Of a stretch of 64,000 nucleotides of DNA, positions 26,103-36,733 are shown piece by piece (positions within the stretch are counted from its first letter, which is position 1; each line of letters starts with the position of its first letter). The DNA is from Amphiscolops sp. MND2022. Taxonomy: Eukaryota. The notes below the pieces were generated by a model. It saw only the letters and a program-made list of their open reading frames with translations, was not told the origin of the DNA and did not search any database. A program made the position numbers and the translations under genes. Where the stretch lies: assembly GCA_964187785.1 (NCBI GenBank), contig OZ076409.1, forward strand, positions 40,302,001 through 40,366,000, in the 5' to 3' direction.

Positions 26103-27684
26103 GTAAGTTGCTTTTTGTTTCCTTGCCGTTTGGATCCCCAAAAACTTAGCTGAAATAATAATTAACGTTACAAGTGCGGAAAAATATTGCGCATTGAAAA
26201 CTGATTTGAAGACAAATGAAGCGACTTCAAATGTGATGTTGGCGTGAGAAACCCTCCAACATTATGGCTTCATCGATGCTTCATTTTAGACCAACTTACT
26301 ACGACTTGCTTTGGGCTCAACATAGGTAAAAAATAACATGGTTCTACAGTATCCAGCACTTTTTTTCCAACACTTCTCGTCTGTATTTGCGAGAACTCAG
26401 TGGTTTCTTAAGACAGTTAACTTACCACCATTGTTCCTTGAAGTCCGACCAGATCTTCGTTATAAATATACTTCGTCGTTTTGTTTGAATTTACTTGACA
26501 GGACTGATTGAATCGGCATACGGGCCGCACCGGACGTCAGCCTGAACTATTAGCAAGGCAAAACTGTTTTCCGAATTGTGTAATGAGTATGACAAAAAGC
26601 AAAGTAGAAGTTTGATCCTAAATAGTAGGAATTATATTTGTATTTTTCCTCAACATTTCATAAATAATTCTTTTTTAATAGCATTATAGGATTCGTTAAT
26701 GAGTTTATGGAAGATACTTTTGAGTCTTTGCTTGAGTTTTCGTCAAAGTCAACGACGATGATTTTAAAGAAACCAATGAATGAGTCATTGTTATACTGGA
26801 AAATCGTAGTAAAAAGTTGCAGTGATAAGTAACAGATTACCCTATATATTACAGCCAGCCCCATTTCACCTTCGTAAAACATGTATGCCTGGGTCCTATG
26901 TCCTCTACCGTGGGAAAGTTTCTGCTGCGCTCAAAAACATTTTGAGAATTTATAAAAAAGAATAAATCTCTTTGAAGATGAACGGTTCAGACAGAAGGCT
27001 GTCTATGCTGTTCTGTTTGCTTGTTAAAATATTGGGTTGGGCTTTGCTGGTTTGATCATTGTGTAATGTTTTTTGCTACTTCTCTTTCGCTGAAGTCGTC
27101 GTCTTCGTGGTGTATGTTTTCAACAGCTTCAATTGGTTGGAGGCGAAGAGCTGGAATTTTGAAAAATTGTTGTTTTTGTCTTGACTTTGTACTGTCGTGG
27201 CTGCTCTGTGTCGTTGTTGTCGAAAGCAGTTTAAAGTAAAAGTGCTGGCAGGTATTCTTTGATCAAACGGGTCTAAACATGGTCTGCAAATTGTTGGGCG
27301 TGAGTGTATCTGTATCGCAGACGTCGGTTGTTCAGGAGTGCTTCAATCCTTTTGAAGGTGTCATCGGTTTAGCGTCTGAGATCCAATGACCTAATAATGA
27401 GCGTTCTTGCAGGATCGTAAAAGGTCATGAATGAATCATTGTCGAACCGAAAAGTCGTAGTTGAAAATGTTGTAGTAAGTTGTCCAGAAAAGTAAGAAAA
27501 GTTATTACTTAGTTTTTTCAAACATTGAAAGCCGGAAAACTGCGACTAATGGCCGGAAAAAATGGTAAAAATGCGTGAGTGTCGGATTGCAAAAAGAATT
27601 CCCGGTTTTTACAACCGAATTTTTTCGACAGTGGTGTTAATTGCAATTAATTACTTTTGGTAGATTTATATTGAGCCAAAATTC

Positions 27685-28416
27685 TGTAACGACAGGCTCT
27701 CACCACTGTCGCCGTAACCATGAGAGTAAGAGGAACACATGATATGGGTATTTGCCCGGGACAGGCGCCCATGACCATGAGCTCATTTTGCCTCCTTCGG
27801 GTAAAAACTGTCCCGTCAGAGGAGGATTCCGCTTCTTGTGAAGTGCTCGCCGGCCTGATCCAGTCTGTAATTGCTATCAGTAACGCGAATTACGCTTTTT
27901 CTTCGAAACCAACGCTTAGATAGCCTTTAAAAACAGGTGAGGTGGAAAAGGAAAATCGTGTTCTCTTGTAGCTACAGAGGAAATCGAAATAAGTAGCTCA
28001 CGAGCTATTACCATGACAAAATACGCAATTTACTGCATAATTAGCACTTTTGGGGCAGCAATTAGCCTGGGACACAAGCACGGATGCTTGTTCAAGCTAG
28101 TTGACTCATTTTGGTGGTCACAACATATTGTAATGATCTGCTAAAGAAAGCACCGATGGGAACAGAGTTTAGTCCGTATCGGCCGAAATTTGAGTCTTTT
28201 TCTGACAGGTTTTGCGGATTCCTGTAGTCGTCTAGTTCGTAGTGGGTCTCTTCTGCTTCTCTCGCTCAAATCCTCTTCAATTTCGGGGACAGGTCCTTTG
28301 GTAAAGACACGGTATCCTTCAGCGGAATATGACTTTTCAGGGGAGGGCATCTAGTCCCTTGAACGAAAATTTCAAAAAAAATTTCGAATTCTCGGACTCG
28401 ATAAGTGATCGTTACA
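27685..28416 (-). repeat. 3' LTR of giant element
   Basis: Matches 46693-47424; preceded on minus strand by PPT-like GGGGAGTGA (28417-28425). Confidence 0.96.
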
Positions 28417-29344
28417 TCACTCCCCGGGGTCTATGCTTGACGTCCCCGTCAAGTGAGGGTAGGCGTCATCGAGTTCCTTGCCAGGTATCATCTCTAGGAG
28501 CTCATCTGCCGTCGCAAGCTGCATTGCATAGACTGTTTCGTCGTCGCGTCGTCCGGTTGACCATTGGAAGCGTTTTTGACCCAGCATTGCTGCATTTTGA
28601 TCAAAACTACTTACAGCTTCGTATACAAATTTAACACGGCAAATTTTTTTTATATCCCGTCGCGAGCTACTCGGGCTTTTAAAACTTCTTTTCGGCCTCT
28701 CAAAGTTCGGCCGTCCGTGTCAAAATCTGTTTTAAGGTCAACGACCTTCACATGACAAGTTAAACTTCTTTTCCGAAGCTCGGGAGCTTCGCGCTGCTTG
28801 GCGCTTGGTAAAAACATCTTTTTTAGCAGCTCCCATCAATTTAACAGATATAGTCAATTTTTATTTTAAAAAAAATTTTGTGAGACTCAATCTCAGTCCT
28901 TCTAAGTAACTCAAGGAAAACAACAGGTTAATGCTCAAAAGCTTTCATTTCTTTCTTTTCCTTTGTTCTCTTCTCTTCTTTTTCCGTCTTTCCAGACGTT
29001 ATCAAAAATCAATATCAAAACTAGTAACTAAAATGGGTGTAATAGCACCTGATGAATATGCTTGGGATGTGTACTATATACCCTCAAGCTAGTAACACTA
29101 ACTACAACGAAAATTATTGCACCGAAATGATACAGATGGGGAGGAAGAAGCCCGCGGGCTTCAACCTCGCTTCTTGGTTTCTGCACCGTGATTAATTGAT
29201 GTTTTCGTATACAACTGCAAAGTTCGTTACAATGTTCAAGCGTATCAACGACATCTGACAACAAAGCTTCGATAAAAGAGCTTAGTAGCGACATTTAAAG
29301 CATAACAGCAATTCTTAATTTAACGGTGATGTTTGGACTTCGCT

Positions 29345-32300
29345 TCATTGTGTGGCGGAGGAGTGGCGCGCCCTGGGCGAAGTGCTCTTCTTCTCTTCCA
29401 TCTCGGACAATGATCCTCTACGGACCGTGGCTTCTCGCAGTACTGGTCCAGAGGCGTTATGGGCAGTCTCCGGTGTATTGGGAGCGGCACTGGAACTGCA
29501 ACGGTCACTGGTCGTTGGTATTGGGGTGGATGCCTCAGGGGAATGCTCTTGTGCGGCATTAGATTCAGTGGCGTTGGTTGAGCTGGATGCGGGGACGTCA
29601 GCCGGAATCTGCACATCTAGTCGACTTGCATTGAATAGATGTGGCAAGTCGATCGGCCTGTTCCTTGTAGCGATGGGGCGCTTCTGCTTCGCGCTGATTT
29701 TACGGCGCAGGTCAGGTCTGCCCCAGAGCCCGCAGGCTCTGGACCAGTTGTCTCTATTTTCATGCTCGATTATTTGTCTTGAAGCTTCCCATTCTGGTCC
29801 CAGAGGATCACTCAGCAGCTCCATGATGTGATAGCAGGTTTCTGCTGGCATATCACTCCCCATGGTTACTCTGGCCTCAGGATTCCATACTGGCGAGATT
29901 TGTGGGGGTACGACTAACCCTTTTAGTCTTCCCTGACGTTCCTCCAAGGTGCGAGACATCCATACACCCAACTTGTAGTGATCCCTGTATGCATATTGCT
30001 CGTCAAACCCGCGTTCGATCATGCTGATAGGTTTGGCTCTGGCATAGCCTATTGGTCCTCGCCAATATCTCGCCGGGATCTTGATCAGCTGAAAATGGTA
30101 ATCGCGATTGGTGTGACCACCCATAGCTTGCACGCACTCAATCACATACTTCCGCAGGTGTGCGAAACTCCAGTTGAATCGGATTGGGATGCCCTTGTCA
30201 TCCAGAGGCGAGTTATACCAGTTTACTGGGCCATATTCTCGAGGGAGAGGGCAAGCCTTCTTCGTTCGAGCTTTCAGTATTCCCGATAGATTCTCATCCT
30301 GCTGGGTTTCATTTTTTGATCGTCGTATACATGCGGGGTACCCTCAAGTACAACCCACGTTCCAGCATTTGTTGATAGTTATGGGGCTTTACGTTCTTTA
30401 TAAATGTCAGGATGGACACCGATGGTGTTTCTGAGGCAAGTCGTAGGGGTTTAGTTGGGTATCGGAGTATCCCAGTCGGACCAAATATCGGAGTTAGCAC
30501 GGGTGCTAACACTGGTATTAAGTCTTCCACTTCGGACAGTGTGAAGTCCGCCAGCTGGTTAGGTGTAAGGAAGCCCGCCACCTCCGTCACCAATTGACGT
30601 CCGTCATAAAGTGGTTGATTCTTATCAACTCCAACAAAGAGTCCCGAAGAGAAGACTAAGCTACAGTAAATCCAATGGTGCAACGAAGTGATCATTTTCG
30701 CCAGGTGTGCGGGATAATCTTGTGCGTCCTTCTTCTGCAACAGTTCGGCTAGAGCAGTGAGTCCTTTGATGTCCCCACGCGACAACACCAGGTAAGAAAA
30801 CAACCATTCCAGGTTACTCTCTGTTATTAAGTCCGTCAGAATCATCATTGGACCCGCAACGAAACGCTTCTGACCAAAGGTCAGCATCAGGGCCAAAACT
30901 TCGTTCAGCTGCATGGCACCAATGATCTGGCTAATCTCGATGATTTGTTGCTCCTCGATTCCGAATTCCACGCGAGTTACATCTGGACTCCAGCCCAGCC
31001 CCAGACAGATCGCAAATTGATCGGTTGACATTCCAAGCTCTTTTGCTATATTGGCAATGGTGGTAGTCTGAAGTTGCTGGTACCACCCATCGTAGGTGCC
31101 ACTAAGGGCCTGGATCTCCGCTTGGGTCTCGCTCGTTAGTTTGGCGGTGATGTATCTCATGCCCGCAGACAGCTGGTCGATTGTGAGGTCTTGGGCGAAT
31201 TGAACTCGTGGGATCGCTCTTTCAATTTCTCTCTCGTTGGGCACTTTCCCCATCGCTGCAGTGACTTCCGCCAGGTCATCCTTTATCGAGGTTTTTCCAC
31301 CGGAGGAGCGCGCGCGCTCCATCCAGTTATGCATACGAATGGCTTCGCACTCACTTTTAGTAGGTTCTGGGAGGCGTCTCTCTCCTTCTTCGGTAAACAT
31401 TAACACAGCCATCCTGGTACCATGATCGAAGTAAACTGCGTCATCGATTGTCAGTTGTGCGTTTCCAGTTTTCTCGACGGATTGCAGCACTTTGGACACT
31501 GAAGCGATATACCCCATATATGATAGCCAAGAGGGGCGCAAATCGCTGCTACTGACACGTAGATTTGGCGCACAGATCGCGAAGTCCACTTCCCTGCTTT
31601 GACACACCTCAGTTACAAGGTAGACGAAACGTTGTAAGGCTGGATGCCATTTGCAGAAGCCAGGAGGTGTAACAAAGATCACCGGCACCTTCAATTTCCT
31701 CTTCAGAATATTCTGGGCCTTCTCCATAGCTCCCGCCAGATTGGTTAATGCATTACGAACTGTTGCTCGTTGTGCAGGAGTTGGATTCAGCATCTCCACA
31801 TTGACGATCTGAGTCATCAGACCTTCGCAGGCCAGGTGGTCGAAAACATTGCTGATGATAACCCTGCGCGGGGGTGGTTCCTTGTACGTCCCTGTCATCT
31901 CGGGGTCGAACATCGTGACCAGGACTTCAGCCATCTCGGGAATGCGGGATAGCGGCAGGGTGAAAACCATCACGTCTGAGAGCACATTGTCTATTGGAAT
32001 GTTTTTCAAGAATGTCGAGTCGATAAGTAAGGCGTAGCGCGCACGCTGCAACCTTTCTTTTGGCATGGGAAGCTGTGCCTCCAAGTCACGGGAATATCTG
32101 GGATTGACTTCATACGTTTCTTCTGCGCGGAGGAAGTACCTTTCTTCGAATTGCCCACGGAGGTCTATGTTAAGGGCATCCAGATAATTATCCTCCACGT
32201 TGGGCAGTATGTTCGTGGCCTTCCCCAACCATTGCGGCTCGTTCGTGGGGGTATGGTCCATGCGGAGTGGGCGAGTCATGAACACCAATACGTGGTCTTT

Positions 32301-33911
32301 CTTCAGCCTCGCGTGTTGTTCGTCGCTGGGAGGACACATGTTCTTTTCGAACAACCACTCTGGTGATATGATTACTGCCGATTCCCAGATACGCCTGGCG
32401 TCTTTCGTTACCAGACTACCCTTGGAGTTTTGCATCGGGCTCAAGTATGTCGGCTGTTTGGTGAACGTTCTTTTCGTTGGATGTTGGATCGCTTGCTTTC
32501 TGAGCGGCGTAGCCGTCGGTCCGCTGTTGGTCACCTTCAGGCCGGGATAATCATCCATCACATCCTCAACGGTTCTCTGCGCCTGGGGTGTCCCTTGGTA
32601 GCCGATTGTGGGTTTGCTTTGCTGCTGCTTTGACGACGATGGTTTGGGAATCGCCCTTTGTGCTAGCGATTCACGCGATGTCGGTTGTGAGGGTGGCAGT
32701 GGTTGCATTATTCCTTGTCCTTCAGTGGATTGGCTCGGTGGCGGCGAAGGAAGCACGGGTGCTTCCGACACCATTGTTTTTGTGTGATCAGATGCGTTGA
32801 CAGTCATGGGTACTTCTATGGATGCTGGCGTGGTTTTTTCGTTGGAGACTCTCTTATCCGGTGGTGGTTTACTCGACGGGCTGTCGCGAACAGCCATTGG
32901 CGGTATTGCACTTGTGCTTGCCCTTGTCGGTGAACGATCATTCCTTTTTCGGGAAGCAGGACGACGCTCTCCTCCCCCCTTGTGAGAAGATGAGGAGCGT
33001 GAGGATGAGCGACTGCGTTCCATAGTGACTGTGCGGGAATGTCCCGGTTGTTCAGACAGCGGGTTCACATGTGGAACAGTCAGTGCGGATGGCGCAGTGA
33101 GGGCACTCGTGTTCTGAATTGTGACTGTGGGAAGGGTTATTTGGCGTAACTCCGGCCAGCATCGCTCCATGGACGTCATAAAGTCAGAATAATGTGGGTC
33201 AATGGCGACAGCTTGCAAGGCTGAGATAACTGCCTGTTCAGCCAACGGTCTATTCGTCATATCAGGAGGCGCTGGTGCAGGCGGGCGCGCCTGAGAGCCC
33301 GGGGGCTCTCCGGCACGCGCGGCTGATTGAGATGCAGGTACCGGTGGTGGTGGAGGAGGGCAAGATGGAATCTGCAAAGAACGGGTCTGGTGGACGCCGC
33401 CACTGGGTAAACTATTGGAAATCGCAGCACGATCGTCAGTGAAGTGATGAGTCAAATCATGACCAAACCACACTCCCTCATGGAAGGTCATGGACCGCTG
33501 AAACCCAGGAAAACCAGACGTGATTGAGATGGTCAGCATTGGAGCTTGGGTCTGGGACTCCATCTGTGCAATTATCGCTGCCACTCCAGCCACAGTAGCG
33601 GATGATAGACCTTGGTCAAGGCGGTCGCGAATGAAAGCGACCTGAGATGTTCGCTGAACACGCGCAGTGTCATATATGCGCTGTCCCATTGCAGGTGATT
33701 CATTGGAACATCGTGGGGGTACTTCGTCAGCTTTGTCTCCGTGATTCATCACCAAGTCTCTGAAAGAGCGCAAGTTGACTGCGTGTTGATCAGTTGCAGT
33801 GCAATACATAAAATCACATTGGGGCAGTACCAAAGACAGGTAACCAGGTAGCGGAACTAATGACATAAGGATAAGTAAGGTAAAGCAAGAAATACACTCA
33901 TACTTCGTCAA
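29345..33911 (-). CDS. Large accessory ORF (~1500 aa when a 1-nt frameshift in an A6 run at 30312-30317 is corrected) with SGNH/GDSL-hydrolase-like domain
   Basis: ORFs 30309-33911 and 29345-30145 join via open sequence IKNETQQDENLSGILK...; ALLIDS, RVIISNVFDHL, DLRPSWLSY motifs at ~31480-32040; long Pro/Ser-rich linker. Confidence 0.7.
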
Positions 33912-33958
33912 CTCATTAAGCTTAACTAACTAAGAATACGAGAAAACAACAAAAAAAA

Positions 33959-36733
33959 TCACGGAAAGCTAGCGATGCTCGCGATGGAAACGTAAATGCG
34001 ATCATGTAATACCACAGACAAAGGTGTATCAGCGAACGCGTCCATTAAGCAGGTATAAAAATCAAAGAGATTACGTATCGGGCGCTCGGGATCGATGATA
34101 GCAAAATGAACCTCGGTGGCTTCTAGGCGTTCGAGTAACGTTTTCAAATATTCCAGACATACGAAAAGAGTATCAGCTATCATGGGGCAACGGGGCGTGG
34201 CGCGCGTAATCAATAAATGTATAGTTTGGGGTTTGTCGTTAATCATAGACACAGGGAGCGTCAATACATTTCCAACTTCCGGTCGGAGTCGAAATATGGT
34301 GTCGGCTCCATGCTCACGCATTACGTAGCGAAGGGCGGCAGAATTAGTCTCCAGATTCGCGGGGCAACACAAAACAACATTATGGGAAGCTTGTAGGAAA
34401 TCCGTGCTGGCATACTGTATGTAGTCGACCAGTTGAGGTCGCACGATTCCATGATATACCAGTTCTCGTCCAGGATCATTGGAGAGGCCATCATCGCAGG
34501 AAACCGGTAGACAGCCCTTAAGGGTTCCCAAGTCTTGCCACACCGAGCGAGGCAAGGATTGATTATCGATGTTCGCCCTGGACCATGTATCCAGCGCCTG
34601 CAAGGCAGACTGGAGTGAAGTGGGTCGTGGAAAAGAATGTGTCCACTCGTCGAGAAAGCGGATTCGAGGGAAACTCGATAAGATCGTGATGATAAGTTCC
34701 AACCACCACTCAAACTTGACTTTGCCGCGATACAAGTCGATGACGTGGAAACATGTTATTTTGTTAGGAGAGGCCATGGTTCGTAAACTCTCGAGACAAG
34801 TGTGCAGGGTTAAAGGGTCAACCAAATCAGAAGCGCGAGGGGCGGTGACCAATAGCCACCAATGAGTTGTTGGTTGATACACATCCCCTGGCGTTGCAAC
34901 GACATTATACCTATCATACAAGAGGTCAGCTGGAATGCAACGTACCATCTGAATGGGTTCTCGTTCATAGTTAAAGGGACCGAAAGCAATATTAGCGGGT
35001 AATGGAGGAACAGTAACAGGCAGTGTGAACTCAAGACCGCGAAGATCATAAGTCCATTCCTTGAATCTCGGACATGGGGCCTTCGCTACCGTCGAGCCTT
35101 TCATCTTGGATAGGATAAAGTCTATAGGATACGGGTTTTCACTGCGTTGTAGCCCAGTGTACGTCTTCTCGGCTCGAATGGTCAAACGGTCGACTGTGCC
35201 GTTTGGGAGTGGCGTCTCCTTCTCACGTGTCAGTAAGACTCCCCGGGGTCTAATTGGGAAGTCCGCGTGGACCAGATTATTGCATTTACAATCTCGTAGG
35301 CCACATGTTCCACAGCGGTATCTGGGGGCACGATTACGTCGTAGGCCATAGCCAGTATTAGGCAACTCCTGCGTTTGCGCTTGATCTGAGGTGACTGCTG
35401 CACTAGGAGCAGAAGAATCAGTATCCACAGATGGGGTATGATGAACACGGGTGGAGGCATTGGGTTCAGTACGTGTTGCTTGAGGTGGTCTGCCTCTGGG
35501 GCGTCCTCTCTTGCGAGCTCCCCTAACAGCGCCTCTTTGTCGATGGCCACGCGGCAGCGAGGCTCGCAGCCTTGCTCTGCCGGGCGGATGTCTTCGTGGT
35601 CTGCTGTGTTGATGTCCTCTGGGAACACCAGGAAGCTTTACTGCTATGGTTGTGTTGTTGGTTGGAATAACTATGGGGGGATTTAACTCTTCTTGACCAT
35701 CGGATATTAGCGATTCGTTACCATCATTCTCCAAGGGTGAATTCGAAACACTATCGTCAATCAATGGCCAAATGGGGAAATTACTCAGCATATCCGTGAG
35801 AGATGGGTTCGTTAACAGTGGAGCAGACGTACCTGCTAAAGAAATGCTAGCATTCTTGGTAGGTATCTGAGTAGGGGCAGATGCCTGAGTAGGAGGACTC
35901 TCGGTATTCTCAATGACGTCAGGTATTACTTCATTCTCTGAGAACAGAGCCTCCTTAGCAGGTAATGGCGAGATCGGCATTTCAAGGATAGGCACGGGTT
36001 CATCCACAAGTGACGACAGAATCACACTCTCGTCGGGATTCACCTGAGCGCTTGATAGAAGTACATCAGAGCGTTCGTCTTCAGATTCCGTTTCGGAATG
36101 ATCGAACTGTTGGTAATGTAGTCGACTGCCACCAGCGCGTGTACGAGTACGCAGTCGAGTATCCATCCAATGTCTTTGTCGGGAAGGCAAGGAGACGTTG
36201 CTGGCTTCCGACAGTGGTTCTTCCGCACGATAGGAAGGTTGTGATGCATCATCTCGAATATCTTCATGAGACTGCTCTGGGTCTGGATCCATAATGATAG
36301 CGACTTCACCGTAGTGCGCAGGGATTGCGGCCCACTCTGTTAGACCACCGTGATGCGGTTTTAGTCGTTCAAAATGTACCATTTGACCAGTGTCGAGTTG
36401 CATGTAGACGCGTCCTTCCTGTAACACTCGTGCTACTTTGTGAGGACCGCGCCAAGCTCTCATCAGTTTGGGAGATCCCTTTTGAGGAATGTATCGGCAG
36501 AAGACCCAAACAGGTTCGCCCACTTCATAAGCTTTAGCACGAATAGCTCGGTCGTATTTCAATTTCTGTCGTTGTTGGGCTTGATGTGTATTCCGACGAA
36601 CTAAGTCATGGATCTCTTGCTGTCGGGCCAAGACATGTTCCACATATGCCTCGTGCGATTCGAATGACTGAGTGGCGAATTCTGGGTACAGGAAGGTCAG
36701 GGGTATTGCTTTTTCCATGCCTCTCGTCAACAT
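33959..36733 (-). CDS. pol: Integrase C-terminus with long extension: GPY/F motif, AT-hook, CxxC cluster, two macrodomain-like repeats
   Basis: In frame with pol after a TAA at 36734-36736 (TGFSP*MLTRG); WRGPHKV and VHFERLKP integrase tail; RKRGRPRGRPP; RCGTCGLRDCKC; TARG1-like C-terminal repeats. Confidence 0.8.
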   Translation of the reverse strand: MLTRGMEKAIPLTFLYPEFATQSFESHEAYVEHVLARQQEIHDLVRRNTHQAQQRQKLKYDRAIRAKAYEVGEPVWVFCRYIPQKGSPKLMRAWRGPHKVARVLQEGRVYMQLDTGQMVHFERLKPHHGGLTEWAAIPAHYGEVAIIMDPDPEQSHEDIRDDASQPSYRAEEPLSEASNVSLPSRQRHWMDTRLRTRTRAGGSRLHYQQFDHSETESEDERSDVLLSSAQVNPDESVILSSLVDEPVPILEMPISPLPAKEALFSENEVIPDVIENTESPPTQASAPTQIPTKNASISLAGTSAPLLTNPSLTDMLSNFPIWPLIDDSVSNSPLENDGNESLISDGQEELNPPIVIPTNNTTIAVKLPGVPRGHQHSRPRRHPPGRARLRASLPRGHRQRGAVRGARKRGRPRGRPPQATRTEPNASTRVHHTPSVDTDSSAPSAAVTSDQAQTQELPNTGYGLRRNRAPRYRCGTCGLRDCKCNNLVHADFPIRPRGVLLTREKETPLPNGTVDRLTIRAEKTYTGLQRSENPYPIDFILSKMKGSTVAKAPCPRFKEWTYDLRGLEFTLPVTVPPLPANIAFGPFNYEREPIQMVRCIPADLLYDRYNVVATPGDVYQPTTHWWLLVTAPRASDLVDPLTLHTCLESLRTMASPNKITCFHVIDLYRGKVKFEWWLELIITILSSFPRIRFLDEWTHSFPRPTSLQSALQALDTWSRANIDNQSLPRSVWQDLGTLKGCLPVSCDDGLSNDPGRELVYHGIVRPQLVDYIQYASTDFLQASHNVVLCCPANLETNSAALRYVMREHGADTIFRLRPEVGNVLTLPVSMINDKPQTIHLLITRATPRCPMIADTLFVCLEYLKTLLERLEATEVHFAIIDPERPIRNLFDFYTCLMDAFADTPLSVVLHDRIYVSIASIASFP

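Noticed and set aside
27720..28350. Protein-coding ORFs inside the giant element's LTR
   Set aside because: Short, no recognisable motifs; duplicated only because the LTR is duplicated.
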